Counted from the first letter of the whole stretch, positions 1-12,207 are shown. The stretch: 63,297 nucleotides of DNA, filler included, from Octopus bimaculoides (GCF_001194135.2; 8 parts of 7 records of this genome joined end to end with filler, not necessarily neighbours in it), one strand, 5' to 3'. Numbers and translations are program-made. Notes: generated by a model from the letters alone, not told the origin.

Positions 1-817
1 AACTTGAAGATTACCGCAATTTGTCGGATAAAAATTAAAATAAAGTGTTAATTATCTTTTTTTTTTTTACAACCGAAAGTGTTTTTTTTTTTAGAAAATG
101 AAACTTGAAGAGGTATTTACAAAATATGTGAGTACCGAAATAACAGCCAAATCTCCAACAAACTCTCTTCACACCCACCCACACACATCCATATGTGATG
201 CATATACAACAGGAATTCGTTGAAAGTATTAATGAAATTTCATGTTACGTTGGAATTTACGGGGAATCTTTGTTTTCAACATTGTATTCCGGGATCATTA
301 TATTCCATTTCGAAATTTCGCGCGGTGACAGAAAATGAAGCAATATAAGTGCGCATACAATGCCTGAAAGGGAAATCAGCTGACCCAACAATACAAAGTG
401 TAGCATCATTTAAATCCTATGAAGTGGTAAAGGAAAATTACTAGCGTACAAATAACAAGAGTTACCTCCCTAGCAAATACGGGTTTGAAGTTTTTAGAAG
501 GGCAGAAGATGGGAGAGTGTACAACAAGGGACATAACTCTAATAGTTATTTTTGTATCGTTAAAATGTAAAAGCGACATTTATAGCAATGAAGCGCGTAA
601 TTTATCACTTGAGACAATTAACTCGCTAGTCATTTCAAAACATTGAATCGTGTTACTTGGGAATAATTTCGTATTAGTCAATGAGAAACCTAAGTTGGTC
701 TGTGAGCAACACGTAAGAGCCTTTTGGGATGTTTCTGTTGACAAATTAACTGTAAAAATGTGTCTTGCGCAAAAATTTCCAGATAAAAATTAAATATTTA
801 ACGCTAAAAATCGTTGA

Positions 818-890
818 GTCCCTGTAGCGCAGGGGATAGCGCGCTGGACTTCTAATCCAGAGGTCGTGGGTTCGAATCCCACCAGGGATG
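818..890 (+). tRNA. tRNA-Arg-TCT: tRNA-Arg (anticodon UCU), intronless
   Basis: Full cloverleaf: acceptor GTCCCTG/CAGGGAT, discriminator G; D stem GCGC/GCGC; anticodon arm CTGGA-CTTCTAA-TCCAG; T arm GTGGG-TTCGAAT-CCCAC. T5 Pol III terminator at 901-905. Confidence 0.95.
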
Positions 891-1020
891 AGGTGCTAAC
901 TTTTTAGTTGTATGATTGTAGAAAGTTATCGCTCATGTAACTTATTGGCCATCGGCTGTTTAACACAACAGTATTGAAGTGAAATACAAATGCTGTGAAG
1001 GGAAATTTGTTATAGACGTT

Positions 1021-1250
1021 AGGCAGAGAGTTGGCAGAAACGTTAGCACGCCGCGCGAAATGCTTAGCGGTATTTCGTCTGCCAGGACGTTCTGAGTTCA
1101 AATTCCGCCGTGGTCGACTTTGTCTTTCATCCTTTTGGGGTCGATAAATTAAGTACCAGTTACGCACTGGGATCGATTCAACCAACTTAATCCCTTTGTC
1201 CGTCCTTGTTTGTCCCCTCCATGTTTAGCCCTTTGTGAGCAATAAATAAA
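1021..1250 (+). mobile_element. SINE family A (tRNA-like head), near full length
   Basis: Head GGCAGAGAGTTGGCAGAAACGTTAGCACG, B-box-like GAGTTCAAATTCC, body GTCGACTTTGTCTTTCATCC...GGGTCGATAAATTAAGTACCAG. Recurs more than 10 times in the window. Confidence 0.8.
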
Positions 1251-1253
1251 TAA

Positions 1254-1450
1254 GAAACGTTAGCACACTGGGCGAAATGCTTAGTGGTATTTCGTCTGTC
1301 TTTATGATCTGAGTTCAAATTCCGCCAAGGTCGACTTTGTCTTTCATCCTTTTGGAATCGATAAATTAAGTACCAGTTGCATACTGGTTGATGTAATCGA
1401 CTGGTCCCCACCCCAAGCATTTCGGGCCTTGTGCCTAGAGTAGAAAGAAT
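1254..1450 (+). mobile_element. SINE family A, second copy in tandem (5'-clipped, alternative 3' tail)
   Basis: Repeats the 1037-1180 sequence directly and ends ...TTTCGGGCCTTGTGCCTAGAGTAGAAAG. Confidence 0.75.
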
Positions 1451-1544
1451 TTTATGTAGGCATGACTTCCTCTGTCGTCGTCAAGTCACGTGAGTTCAAT
1501 CTCATTGCACGGTGAATTGCATAGTCTGGCAGGGTCTATGATAG

Positions 1545-2790
1545 ATGTGTGATGGCATGGAGAGTGTGTGGATAGACATGTGAGGGAGATGGGGGGCTGC
1601 AGCCGGTGAGGTGCATAAGGGAGAGTCCTGTTGGCAAGATGGGTTGTGGGTGAGTTTTGAGAGAGAACAGTTTATGTGTGTATGGGGGAGGGGGAGTAAT
1701 GGCTGTGAAAGGTATGTCTGTATGTATGGATAGCAGTGATTTTACTTAGCTGGATGTGTCTTAAAGCACAGCAAATCGCCAGAAGTCTTGGTCACATGTC
1801 ATCTCCTCTGTGAGGCTCAACATCATTTCTCACCACTTCATCTCATGTCTTCTTGGGTCTGCCCCTTCCACAGGTTCTCTCTATGATTAGAGATCAGCAT
1901 TTCTTCATGCAGCTGTCCTCATCCAAATGTGTCACACGATCATATTAATGCAGTATTCTCTTTTGTACACTATATCTGATGCTTCTTATACCCAAATTTT
2001 CTTTTAAAACATTTACATTCTGTTGTACATGCACACTGACATTACTCATCCAGTGGGGCCTACTGGCTTCATTCCTTTCAAGCCCTTGCATGTCCTCTGT
2101 AGTCACAGCCTATGTTTCACTGTAGCACAGCTGTACATACACAGACATCATACAGTCTGCTTTTCACTCTGAGGAAGAGACCCTTTGTAGCTACAAAGGT
2201 AGTAACACTATGAACTTTGCCCAGCCTGTTCTTATTCTAGCAACTATGCTTTCAGAGCATCCTCCTCTGCTGCTAACCTGGTCGCCTAGGCAACAGAAGC
2301 TTTCTACTACTTCTAAGGATTCCCTCAGACATTTGAGGAAGTATGTTTTCTATACAATACATGTTTATTGTACCTGTATATCTATCACACACAAAGACTA
2401 TATTCTCTGTTAACCTTCCAATTATACTGATCTACCTTTTATGTGCCCATTGCTTGCACTGGGTTACACCATATGACATTTCTACCATCTTTTCTACATT
2501 TCAAGCAGGGTCTGAAGGGATTAGTAATTTGTCTGTTTCCCTATTTACTAGGACATTGGTCTTTGCTAAATTAACCCTAAAGCCATTTGATTACAGATCT
2601 TGCTGGAAGTTATTCAGCTATAAGAACAAGGTCATCAGCATAGAGGAGCTCCAGTCTTAAATTCCTGTTATGGCCTGGAAGACTATGATTAACAAGAGGG
2701 TACTAGGAACTGATCTTTGGTGAACTCTTACCTGTACACTAAATTTCTTGCTATGCTCATTGCTGACTTTTACAATCCATTATCAGGGAC
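1545..2790 (-). mobile_element. RTE-clade LINE, degenerate 3' half (RT C-terminus plus 3' UTR)
   Basis: Minus strand reads LRLELLYADDLVLI (YADD at 2631-2642), then ESLEVVESFCYLGDQVSSRGGCSESIVARIRTGWAKF, the typical RTE RT/thumb region. Interrupted by stops and frameshifts. Confidence 0.8.
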
Positions 2791-2807
2791 ATTATTTGTA
2801 AGGTAAG

Positions 2808-3017
2808 TTCAAATTTTGAAACAGGGCCAGCTATTTCAGGGGAAGGACTAAATTCGATTACATTGATCCCAGGGCTCAACTGGTACTTATTTTATCGACC
2901 CCGAAAGGATATAAGGCAAAGTCGAGCTTGGCAGAATTTGAACTCAGAATATAAAGACAAACAAAATACTACTAAGCATTTTGACTGTGTGCTAATGATT
3001 CTGCCAGTTCGCTGCCT
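2808..3017 (-). mobile_element. SINE family A copy
   Basis: Reverse complement of the 1021-1450 type sequence. Confidence 0.7.
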
Positions 3018-3256
3018 TACAGTGTAATAATTATTACATAGATTTCAGGCTTTGATAGATTTTCAACGAAAGGCCCTGTTGAAGTCAATGTGTCTGTGTT
3101 TGAGAACTGATCTAGACAGTCATATCCCAGGTTTCTGTAAGTAGATCATTACTGTCATATATCAGATGTGTAATTCTCAGGTTTTGTTGAAGTGTTGGCA
3201 TATTATCAAATGGACACAAGTGCCAAGTGATATCTATGCACACATACACATATATA

Positions 3257-3473
3257 TGAGGGAGTGCAGAAAAGTTCCTGGTTTTAGATAAAAGAAAATA
3301 CAGGAGGATCAGTTAATTATGATTGTATTCAACATATTCCTCTCTCAGATTCACATACTTTATGTAGTACTCCTTCAGTTCTTCTAAGCCCCATAAAAGA
3401 ACTCGGAAGGTTGGGTCTCCAACCAGGCCTTTCACAATACCTTTAAAGCCAGGAACTTTTCACCAACCCCTCA
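3257..3473. mobile_element. Mariner-derived MITE (~217 bp), TA-flanked
   Basis: TIRs TGAGGGAGTGCAGAAAAGTTCCTGG / CCAGGAACTTTTCACCAACCCCTCA with TA on both sides. Same family at 27501 and 50850. Confidence 0.75.
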
Positions 3474-3590
3474 TACATACATATCTATATTACACAGAAG
3501 TGTGTGTAAATACATAACCTTTAATCTTTTTACTTGTTTCAATAATTTTACTGCAGCCATGCTGGGATACCACCTTGGTAAAAGTGAGAT

Positions 3591-3709
3591 GCTTACAGCC
3601 CCTATGTTTCCCAAGCAGTCACCCACCTTAAGTACTATCTAGGCCCAACATTACTTAACTTCAGTGATCAGATGTGAACTGGTACAGTCGATGTGATATG
3701 GCTGTAAGC
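3591..3709 (-). pseudogene. 5S rRNA: 5S rRNA-derived copy, full length (119 nt), probably a pseudogene
   Basis: Minus strand GCTTACAGCCATATCAC...CTGATCACTGAAGTTAAGTAATGTTGGGCCTAGATAGTACTTAAGGTGGGTGACTGCTTGGGAAAC...GCTGTAAGC aligns end to end with the metazoan 5S consensus (recalled, not computed). Helix I is paired, differences are mostly transitions, and TTTT follows about 7 nt downstream. Confidence 0.85.
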
Positions 3710-3775
3710 AAAGCATCTATATATATATATATATAAATTATTTTATTAGCATTCTTGGATTTATAATTTTGAAAT

Positions 3776-3847
3776 ACTGTACTGACGAAGGAAATAAGTT
3801 CGGGTAATATGATTTACACCTCTTTAATCCTGAAACGCGTACGCAGT
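3776..3847 (+). ncRNA. Type I hammerhead ribozyme motif (Penelope-type, long loop II)
   Basis: ACTGTA-CTGACGA-AGGA-(35 nt)-TCCT-GAAA-CGCGT-A-CGCAGT. Canonical core, palindromic stem III ACGCGT, GUA triplet; stem I has one mismatch next to the core. Confidence 0.6.
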
Positions 3848-5704
3848 TAATCAAAGCCGGGTGAATTCGTTATTTTTTCTTTTTTGCCTTTGTAGTTGTG
3901 AGTATTTGTCTGCCTGGGAGTTATATTTTGGTAGAGAAATAGTAGTTTTGACTGCTATTTCTAATTTTCGGTGTGAGGTGAAGCAATTCTTGCTGAACCC
4001 TAATTTTAATTTATATAACTTTTACCGAATAATGGTTTTTTAACACACCAAACTACTTGGTAAAATTACTAATTATTAATTAATTATTAAGTTTTACCCT
4101 ATATCTGTAAGAATATATATATATATATAGACACACATACACACTGACTTTTGCAAAAACTGGGCAGCAAGAAATGATGTGATCAATTGTTTTTATTATT
4201 ATTTTCATAGTTCCATCACTGTGGTACATCTTCATCGCATAGTGTTGATTTTTGTAAATCCCATTCAATAGTAATTTAACCTATTAGAAAATACTGGATA
4301 AAGACAGGCTTATTTTCTTTAATGCTGAATAATGAAGAAAGCATTGCAAGAGAGTGGTGTTATCCATATTGACCAAAGCTACTGATGAGATTGAATGCCA
4401 ATAGGGTTGCTTCATCAGGCATAGGGGAGGGAAGTTGGAAGAAATGAACAAAGAAGATGTGAAGTGTTGAAAACAGTTTATTTATCATATGTACAAACAA
4501 ATGGAATCAGATGGGTCAGAGACTTGAGGTATACTCTCTCTCTCTCTTTCTCACATACACACACACACACATACAGATGCAAGTATGGAAACACACATGC
4601 CTAGAGGAAAAAGAAATATTCACACACAGTCACACATCCAAAAGTATGGCTGAGTACAGAAAGATAAAACTGGGGTGGGGGTGACAGAGCAGGGGGTATG
4701 GGGTGAGACTGTAGTAGTGAACTGGGGGGGGATGGAAAAAAAAGAGGGCACCACCTGGAACTACTGTTTCAGCAATGGATGGGTGTTTTAAAAAGACATT
4801 TAATAAATAAATAAAAAAAGAAGAAAAAAAAAAAGAAGCATAAAAGAGTATCAGGTCGCTATGGTTCCAGTTGACAATACAACTTTTAAATGTTTGCAAT
4901 GTGTTGTTAACTCTTTAGCATTCTGATTACTTTGTCAAACATTATGTTTATATAGTCACTTTATCTTGAATTACTCATGCATTGTCTCACAGCTTGAGAT
5001 TTCAATATGATTTTTTTATTTTTAGAATGATATTGTAATGTCGATGTGAGAGGCTGGATCTAGCCAGATTGAATATAAAATAGGAAAAATATTTGGGCCG
5101 GATAGGGCTAGTCTAAATGCTAAAGAGACAATGTTAGTGTCAACTTTATAGATGAAATATTTTTATAATATTTGTGCCTGTATTACATTTCGGTCAACTT
5201 GATAACTGTTCAGTATCAGGTGCCTTACTCCTGGATATATATGTAGAACTGTGAGTGAATAAGAACACATTGACCTTAATTTGGAAATAAAGGATTTCTA
5301 GTTCAAACCCAGTGTGGTATCATTTGCATATCCAAGAATGTCTTAACCCTGAACAAACCAACTGAAACAAGTCTAGATGGAAATATTACAAAAATATTTA
5401 ATTCCTAAAGATGAGGCTATTAAATCTGAAATAATTATGTTAATTAACTACTTTGAGATAACTAAGACTCTTAAGTATTCTATGCCTATCACAACCTCCT
5501 GTTGCTGCCATTAAGGACCAGGCTGTGTGTATGTTTAAAATAGTGTTCATTAACTCTTATAAGATAACTAACCCATCTATAAGGCCATCACATTTTGTAT
5601 TAGAAAGAAAAAAAAAGGGCTGCTTTCTCCAAGAATATATATATGTGTGTGTATATATATATTCTGTAAATAATAATATTTTTTTATAAGCGATCACCAT
5701 GCAC

Positions 5705-5794
5705 TGACTAAGGTAAATAGTCTAGTATTGCAGCATATAAGCCCTTGATATTGAGGGCTTATATGCCTCAATATTAGACTAGTTTCTTTAGTCA
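5705..5794. repeat. Imperfect palindrome / small fold-back element
   Basis: Perfect 13-bp stem GCATATAAGCCCT/AGGGCTTATATGC (5733-5766), extended by TAGTCTAGTATTG/CAATATTAGACTA and TGACTAA/TTAGTCA. Confidence 0.8.
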
Positions 5795-5890
5795 ATATAC
5801 AGCAATGGCAGACAAGCTTCAAGCTTATAAAATAAGTATTATTTACAGAATTATATATATTGGAAGGTTTGGAGGTGATGTACAGGAATT

Positions 5891-6107
5891 ATATATTAGA
5901 AAAAATAATAAGGTACTCAGATATCTGGATGGTTGTACATTTACAGATTTTTATTAATATGTCATGTTTTAGTGCTTGCACCTATTCTTGTAGGATTTTG
6001 AAAACCCTACAAGAATAAGTGCAAGCGCTAATATTTATAAAACATGTGACATATTAATAAAAATCTGTAAATGTACAACCATCCAGATATCTGAGTACCT
6101 TATTACT

Positions 6108-6120
<13 letters not shown>
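5891..6120. mobile_element. Fold-back MITE-like element (230-bp hairpin)
   Basis: Arms 5891-5964 and 6047-6120 are reverse complements at 73/74 positions. Inner arms 5970-5994 and 6006-6030 match at 23/25. Flanked by TA repeats. Confidence 0.85.
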
Positions 6121-6153
<33 letters not shown>

Positions 6154-6213
6154 TACACATGCACATATTAGTTTAAAATAATAACATCCTAAGTCATTCT
6201 TTTCTTATTTCAG

Positions 6214-6300
6214 GAAACTGAGCCAAATTTCTTTAGTGTGCCGAAGCATCCCATAGACTTTGTCTTCCTAGAAAGGATGAAAAGTCTGAAACTGGAATGA
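6214..6300 (+). CDS. Candidate terminal coding exon, unassigned (ETEPNFFSVPKHPIDFVFLERMKSLKLE*)
   Basis: Strong acceptor TTCTTTTCTTATTTCAG (AG 6212-6213), 28 sense codons then TGA, non-repetitive sequence. No family recognised. Confidence 0.3.
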   Translation, partial: ETEPNFFSVPKHPIDFVFLERMKSLKLE

Positions 6301-6998
6301 ATACAAATCACATCAAAGTAGACAGGCAAGACAAGTTACAAGCCAAGTAACAAGCAAAATAACTGCCTTAGAAGAACAATACACGCTGAACATAAAATGG
6401 CAGAAATGTCTTGAGAGATTGTGTGGAAATTCTTTGGAAGCCTTTAAAACATTTGTCAGTTGTTTACATAGGGTCATTCTAGAATAATTTAGGAAAACTA
6501 GAAAGGGACAAAAAGCAATTAAATATAAAAAAAAGAAAGAAAATTAACAAAAGAAATTTAATTTGAGATAATTTGAGAGTAATTCATCTAGTGATTAGAT
6601 TAAATAGCCTGACACTCTTTAGTGGTCTCAAAAACTTAACAGGAAAGGAAACAAGGAAGAGAGAGAAGGGAAAGTTATTGTTTAGCCTCAGATCAGCACT
6701 GATAGAGCAGACAGTTCCATGATCAGAGGCTTATCAATGCGTTCTTCCTTTTTAAAGACAACAGAGTTGTGATACGAGGGAGATTTTGACTGCATTTTCT
6801 AGCAGATCAAGTGACCATGTAGAGGATTCCTCATTGGCTTGAAGAAATTGTTTACTTCCAAGTCAACTTGCATCAAAGGGACTTACGAATAAAGGTGATC
6901 CAGAGCACAGATCACAGTCATCCTGCCTGTATTAATTGCCTGCTATTTCTTGCAAGCCAAGTGACTATGTAGAAGCATCCTCAAAGAAAGAAACTCTG

Positions 6999-7033
<35 letters not shown>

Positions 7034-9427
7034 GGATAGATGCAAGGAGATCTGGTATTACAAGAGCAGGAAAATAAGAATATCATAGAAGTTCAGGTCT
7101 CACTTATCTTTAGAGTCCTTTGTCCCTAGTAACAAAGGGATCACCTGTTAAGATCAGGAGTAGGATACTGAAGAAGGGAAAAGGAAAGGGGCAGGAATCA
7201 AATTCGGAGATACACACACACACACACACATGCAAAAATCAATTGGCATGTACATACAAACTTTTTTATATATACATAACATGGGAGGCATGTATGAGAA
7301 GATATAGAAATATCCAGTATATACATATACAAGTTTCCTTAAGTTATACACAGTGTTATGTATATATCCTTATGCAAACGTGCATACATAAATACATACA
7401 TACAAACACACACCATCCATCTATCCATCCATCATCAAACATTTCTACATATATATGAAACTTTTTGATGCACATGTATGTATGTATGTATGTATGTGTG
7501 TGTGTGTATATATACATATATATATATACATATATATATCAGCGGATGTGTCTTTATGTATATGCTCATATAAATGTAAGTTACTTTTATGTATAAATAT
7601 GTGTGTTCACAAGTGTCAACGCTTGCATACACAAAAAGACCCCTTGATGCAGAAGGCATATATACATTTAAAATAATGGCTTTATATATANNNNNNNNNN
7701 NNNNNNNNNNNNNNNNNNNNNNNNNNNNNNNNNNNNNNNNNNNNNNNNNNNNNNNNNNNNNNNNNNNNNNNNNNNNNNNNNNNNNNNNNNNNNNNNNNNN
7801 NNNNNNNNNNNNNNNNNNNNNNNNNNNNNNNNNNNNNNNNNNNNNNNNNNNNNNNNNNNNNNNNNNNNNNNNNNNNNNNNNNNNNNNNNNNNNNNNNNNN
7901 NNNNNNNNNNNNNNNNNNNNNNNNNNNNNNNNNNNNNNNNNNNNNNNNNNNNNNNNNNNNNNNNNNNNNNNNNNNNNNNNNNNNNNNNNNNNNNNNNNNN
8001 NNNNNNNNNNNNNNNNNNNNNNNNNNNNNNNNNNNNNNNNNNNNNNNNNNNNNNNNNNNNNNNNNNNNNNNNNNNNNNNNNNNNNNNNNNNNNNNNNNNN
8101 NNNNNNNNNNNNNNNNNNNNNNNNNNNNNNNNNNNNNNNNNNNNNNNNNNNNNNNNNNNNNNNNNNNNNNNNNNNNNNNNNNNNNNNNNNNNNNNNNNNN
8201 NNNNNNNNNNNNNNNNNNNNNNNNNNNNNNNNNNNNNNNNNNNNNNNNNNNNNNNNNNNNNNNNNNNNNNNNNNNNNNNNNNNNNNNNNNNNNNNNNNNN
8301 NNNNNNNNNNNNNNNNNNNNNNNNNNNNNNNNNNNNNNNNNNNNNNNNNNNNNNNNNNNNNNNNNNNNNNNNNNNNNNNNNNNNNNNNNNNNNNNNNNNN
8401 NNNNNNNNNNNNNNNNNNNNNNNNNNNNNNNNNNNNNNNNNNNNNNNNNNNNNNNNNNNNNNNNNNNNNNNNNNNNNNNNNNNNNNNNNNNNNNNNNNNN
8501 NNNNNNNNNNNNNNNNNNNNNNNNNNNNNNNNTATAGAGATGGGAGAAATGGATGATGATGATAATGATGATGATGATGCAAGCTAGGAGAATGGGTTCT
8601 GAGACATTTCAAGTGACTAACAACTGAAGGAACACAGGCTCAATCAAATAATTATGGTTCTAGTTGTTCTTGTGTTCTTCACCAATTCCTACTTATTTGA
8701 AAAAATGGTTAGCATTTTCAATCTCCGCTAGTATGGATACAGGCTGCCTTAAAGTGGAAGTTATAACAGTAAGTCATGAAAATGTTAAGGAATGAATTCA
8801 TCATCATCATCATCTCTAATATCATCATCATCATCGTCATCTCTAATATCATTATCATCAATATCATCATCATCATTGTGTTTTATTTATTCAATTTCTT
8901 TTTTTTTTCTATCCTGGCAAATCAGTATGGAATGCCTAAATGGCAGTTTTCTACAAACCTTGCTTACAAGTCATCTCTTCTGTGGATCAATCCAATAATC
9001 TAAATCTCATTTTGACCACATAATCCCAGTTCTTAGTTGCCTTGCCTCTGCAATGTTTTTGTCTATTAATTGATCTTTTAGACACAGCTAATGGTGTATT
9101 TAGTACTACATGAATATTTAGCTGATGTCTTGTCTTTAAATAGTTGCAAGATACAAAAAACAAAAAAAAAAAGTTGTTACTACTTTAGTTACTAATAAAC
9201 TAACTGCTTAGTGGTCTGCTCCTCTCAAACCTAGTACACATATAACAGAACAACACTGGCCCATCACCTCAGCTCTCCTGTTTTCATAGCAAGAAATGGA
9301 GGAGAGTATCTACTTTTCTTTTCACTGAGTAATCTGGTCCCATACCTAACAAACTAGTAATGTCAATTTTGGAATGGTTACAGAAGTGAGATCAGTCAGG
9401 CTGCTTTTATGGACATTTGACAATTAC

Positions 9428-9441
9428 CTTTGGAACAACGT
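9428..9441 (-). CDS. Candidate 14-nt micro-exon (xD-V-V-P-K)
   Basis: Minus strand CTCACTTTCTGTTTGGCAG|ACGTTGTTCCAAAG|GTAATT. Phase-compatible with the 19003-19068 exon. Confidence 0.3.
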
Positions 9442-10689
9442 CTGCCAAACAGAAAGTGAGTCATTGAACATTACTCCCTTTTAGAAAATGGCAGCCACTT
9501 AACTGTGTATTCTTCTCTATAGACAATGAGTTATTGAAATATTATCTTTACTTATGTAGCAGGAGTCATTGAATTGTAGTATCAGAAGTATCCTTTCTAC
9601 CAGAGGCACAAAGCCTGAAATTTGGTGGGAGGGACCTAGTCAATGACACTGACCCAAGTGCTCAGCTGGTGCTTATTGACTTATTGCTTGCTAACAATTC
9701 TGCCAGCTCACTACCTTTGTAGTTTCTGAAATATAGCATCAGTCTTAAGACAAATGATTTTCAACAGACACAAGAGGAACAGCATCAAAGTTTGCAGTTT
9801 AGACTGCAAGAAAGCTTTTAGGAGGGATGAAAAGTTGTAAACTAAGACAATGTTTTGGCACACTTAGCATGTGGTATGAAAAACATAGAAAAACAATCCT
9901 GTCACATATGTGTCACAAACTCTAAATTCTGTTGGAAGAACTTATGAACAACCAAATAAATGAAAAACGTACTGAGAGTGATCTGGAGAGTAAAGTACTT
10001 CTACAACAATCTATTTCAAAAGAAGTCTGCATTTTGCTGGTTTTGTTGAAGAGTTATAAGAAATGTTCCAAACCTGGACCAATAATGTGGAGTCTAAAAG
10101 CCTAAAGGCTCAAATGAAGATGGCAAAAGGTAATTAGATAATTTTTAGAGAGTACATAAAAAAAAAAAAGCTAAACAGAATAGTACCATCAAAGTAACAT
10201 AAGCCTTCTTTATATGGTTTAGTTAGAAGAAGAATGATAGTACCAATGACTTATTTTTAGCAAGATCTCTGAGAGTGCCTGGGGGAGAGAGAGGAGGACA
10301 GCATACATTTTATTGGATGCAGCTGTGCATTGTTAACCAGCTAGAGGAGATGTTCTCTTGGGTTAAAAAATTGCAGTAGAATCCACTTGAATGGACAGCC
10401 ATGTTAAAGTGGCTACGAATATTACTTGCCAATACATTACTGTAGTTGGCAGCAGTGTATCAAGGTACAGAAATATCTTCAGATCAATCAAAGAGTTATT
10501 CCAAATACTTGCAACAGGTTGGTGGTACCCAAGGGCCACATGCTAGATTTCAGTCAATATATAGAAGAAAGATATAAATGCAGTAGCTTATAATAAGTAA
10601 ATGTAAAGGGTGCAGAAAAGGCTGTAAGACTAATGAGAAACTACCTCTTTAAATGGTTATGTAACGACATCCATGATTTGCTCAATTAA

Positions 10690-10910
10690 CTTGAGGTGAT
10701 CTAATTAGAGTAATTGGTGGCTGTAGCTAAAGCACAGTAGTGTTAGAGTAAGACATGCGAAGAAGTTGAGAGCTGTAGGCATCAAAAATTTTCTTTCTCA
10801 ATACAAAGAATGATGAATATGAGACATTCGATGCCATTAGGTAGTGAGACCTATGTCGTTGAATGTGGAAAGTGTGGAGGAGCTAGAGAAAAAGAGTCAA
10901 GTACCATCAT
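10690..10910 (+). mobile_element. Ancient RTE LINE remnant
   Basis: Degraded GDLI..GGCS..RVR..KKLREL and GSET..LNVESVEELEK segments across several frames. Confidence 0.4.
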
Positions 10911-11564
10911 AACCAGCATAAAATATACAGTTCACAAATGAGTTGAGAAGGTAGCTAGACATTAAAAGTTTTGGCCTAAGATAGACCTGGTTAAGTAGAC
11001 CTATGGTCAGTAGCATTCCAGCTATGACCATCCCAGTTTTCCATTAAATTAATCTCAGATTTAAATTTTTCCAAATATGTCCCTTTTTTTTCCCCCTTCA
11101 CATTAAAAAAAAAAAAAAAGATTTGAGAATGATTTGGCTGTTATATCATCGAATAGGCTGACTGGCCCTGCAGATATATAGATGTTCCCTCACTGGCTAA
11201 AATCATTAAAGATATAAAAACAAAGTACATAAGAGAGGCAAATACACTGGAACAGCCACTGTTGACCACCTATAGGGTGTAGGTGTAAAATGGACTGTCA
11301 GTAGTAAACCCCATAAAAGATCTGAGAAAAAGTGGTTAAAGTTAGATATATAAATGTTGGGCCTTAGGAGATGCTGGAGGATTGAGAAAAATGCCACTAC
11401 GCTGTATTTGGGACCTAATAAATCCATGTCAGCATAAAAAATTGTATGCTAAAACAATGATGATGATGATGATGATGATGATATATAATTATATATAAAA
11501 TATATTTATCTCTGTGTGCTGTCTATGTATGTTTATATGCTTCTCATGTATACACACACAAACC

Positions 11565-11637
<73 letters not shown>

Positions 11638-12167
11638 NNNNNNNNNNNNNNNNNNNNNNNNNNNNNNNNNNNNNNNNNNNNNNNNNNNNNNNNNNNNNNN
11701 NNNNNNNNNNNNNNNNNNNNNNNNNNNNNNNNNNNNNNNNNNNNNNNNNNNNNNNNNNNNNNNNNNNNNNNNNNNNNNNNNNNNNNNNNNNNNNNNNNNN
11801 NNNNNNNNNNNNNNNNNNNNNNNNNNNNNNNNNNNNNNNNNNNNNNNNNNNNNNNNNNNNNNNNNNNNNNNNNNNNNNNNNNNNNNNNNNNNNNNNNNNN
11901 NNNNNNNNNNNNNNNNNNNNNNNNNNNNNNNNNNNNNNNNNNNNNNNNNNNNNNNNNNNNNNNNNNNNNNNNNNNNNNNNNNNNNNNNNNNNNNNNNNNN
12001 NNNNNNNNNNNNNNNNNNNNNNNNNNNNNNNNNNNNNNNNNNNNNNNNNNNNNNNNNNNNNNNNNNNNNNNNNNNNNNNNNNNNNNNNNNNNNNNNNNNN
12101 NNNNNNNNNNNNNNNNNNNNNNNNNNNNNNNNNNNNNNNNNNNNNNNNNNNNNNNNNNNNNNNNNNN

Positions 12168-12207
<40 letters not shown>

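Noticed and set aside
316-323. E2F-like site TTTCGCGC and a CpG-richer start of the window as a promoter
   Set aside because: A single short motif with no linked first exon visible.
1021-1110. SINE heads as additional tRNA genes
   Set aside because: They have B-box-like motifs but no acceptor or anticodon stems, and they continue into multicopy SINE bodies.
3038-3137. Exon-like segment open on both strands (FQALIDFQRKALLKSMCLC... on plus; NLGYDCLDQFSNTD... on minus)
   Set aside because: The strand is ambiguous, no homology is recognised, and no consistent in-frame partner exon was found.
7589-8612. Long ORFs spanning N runs (also at 11.5k, 17.5k, 23.4k, 29.6k, 34.8k, 44.4k and 52.0k)
   Set aside because: The length comes from X residues in gaps, and the flanks are (TA)n/(GA)n/(GAT)n microsatellites.
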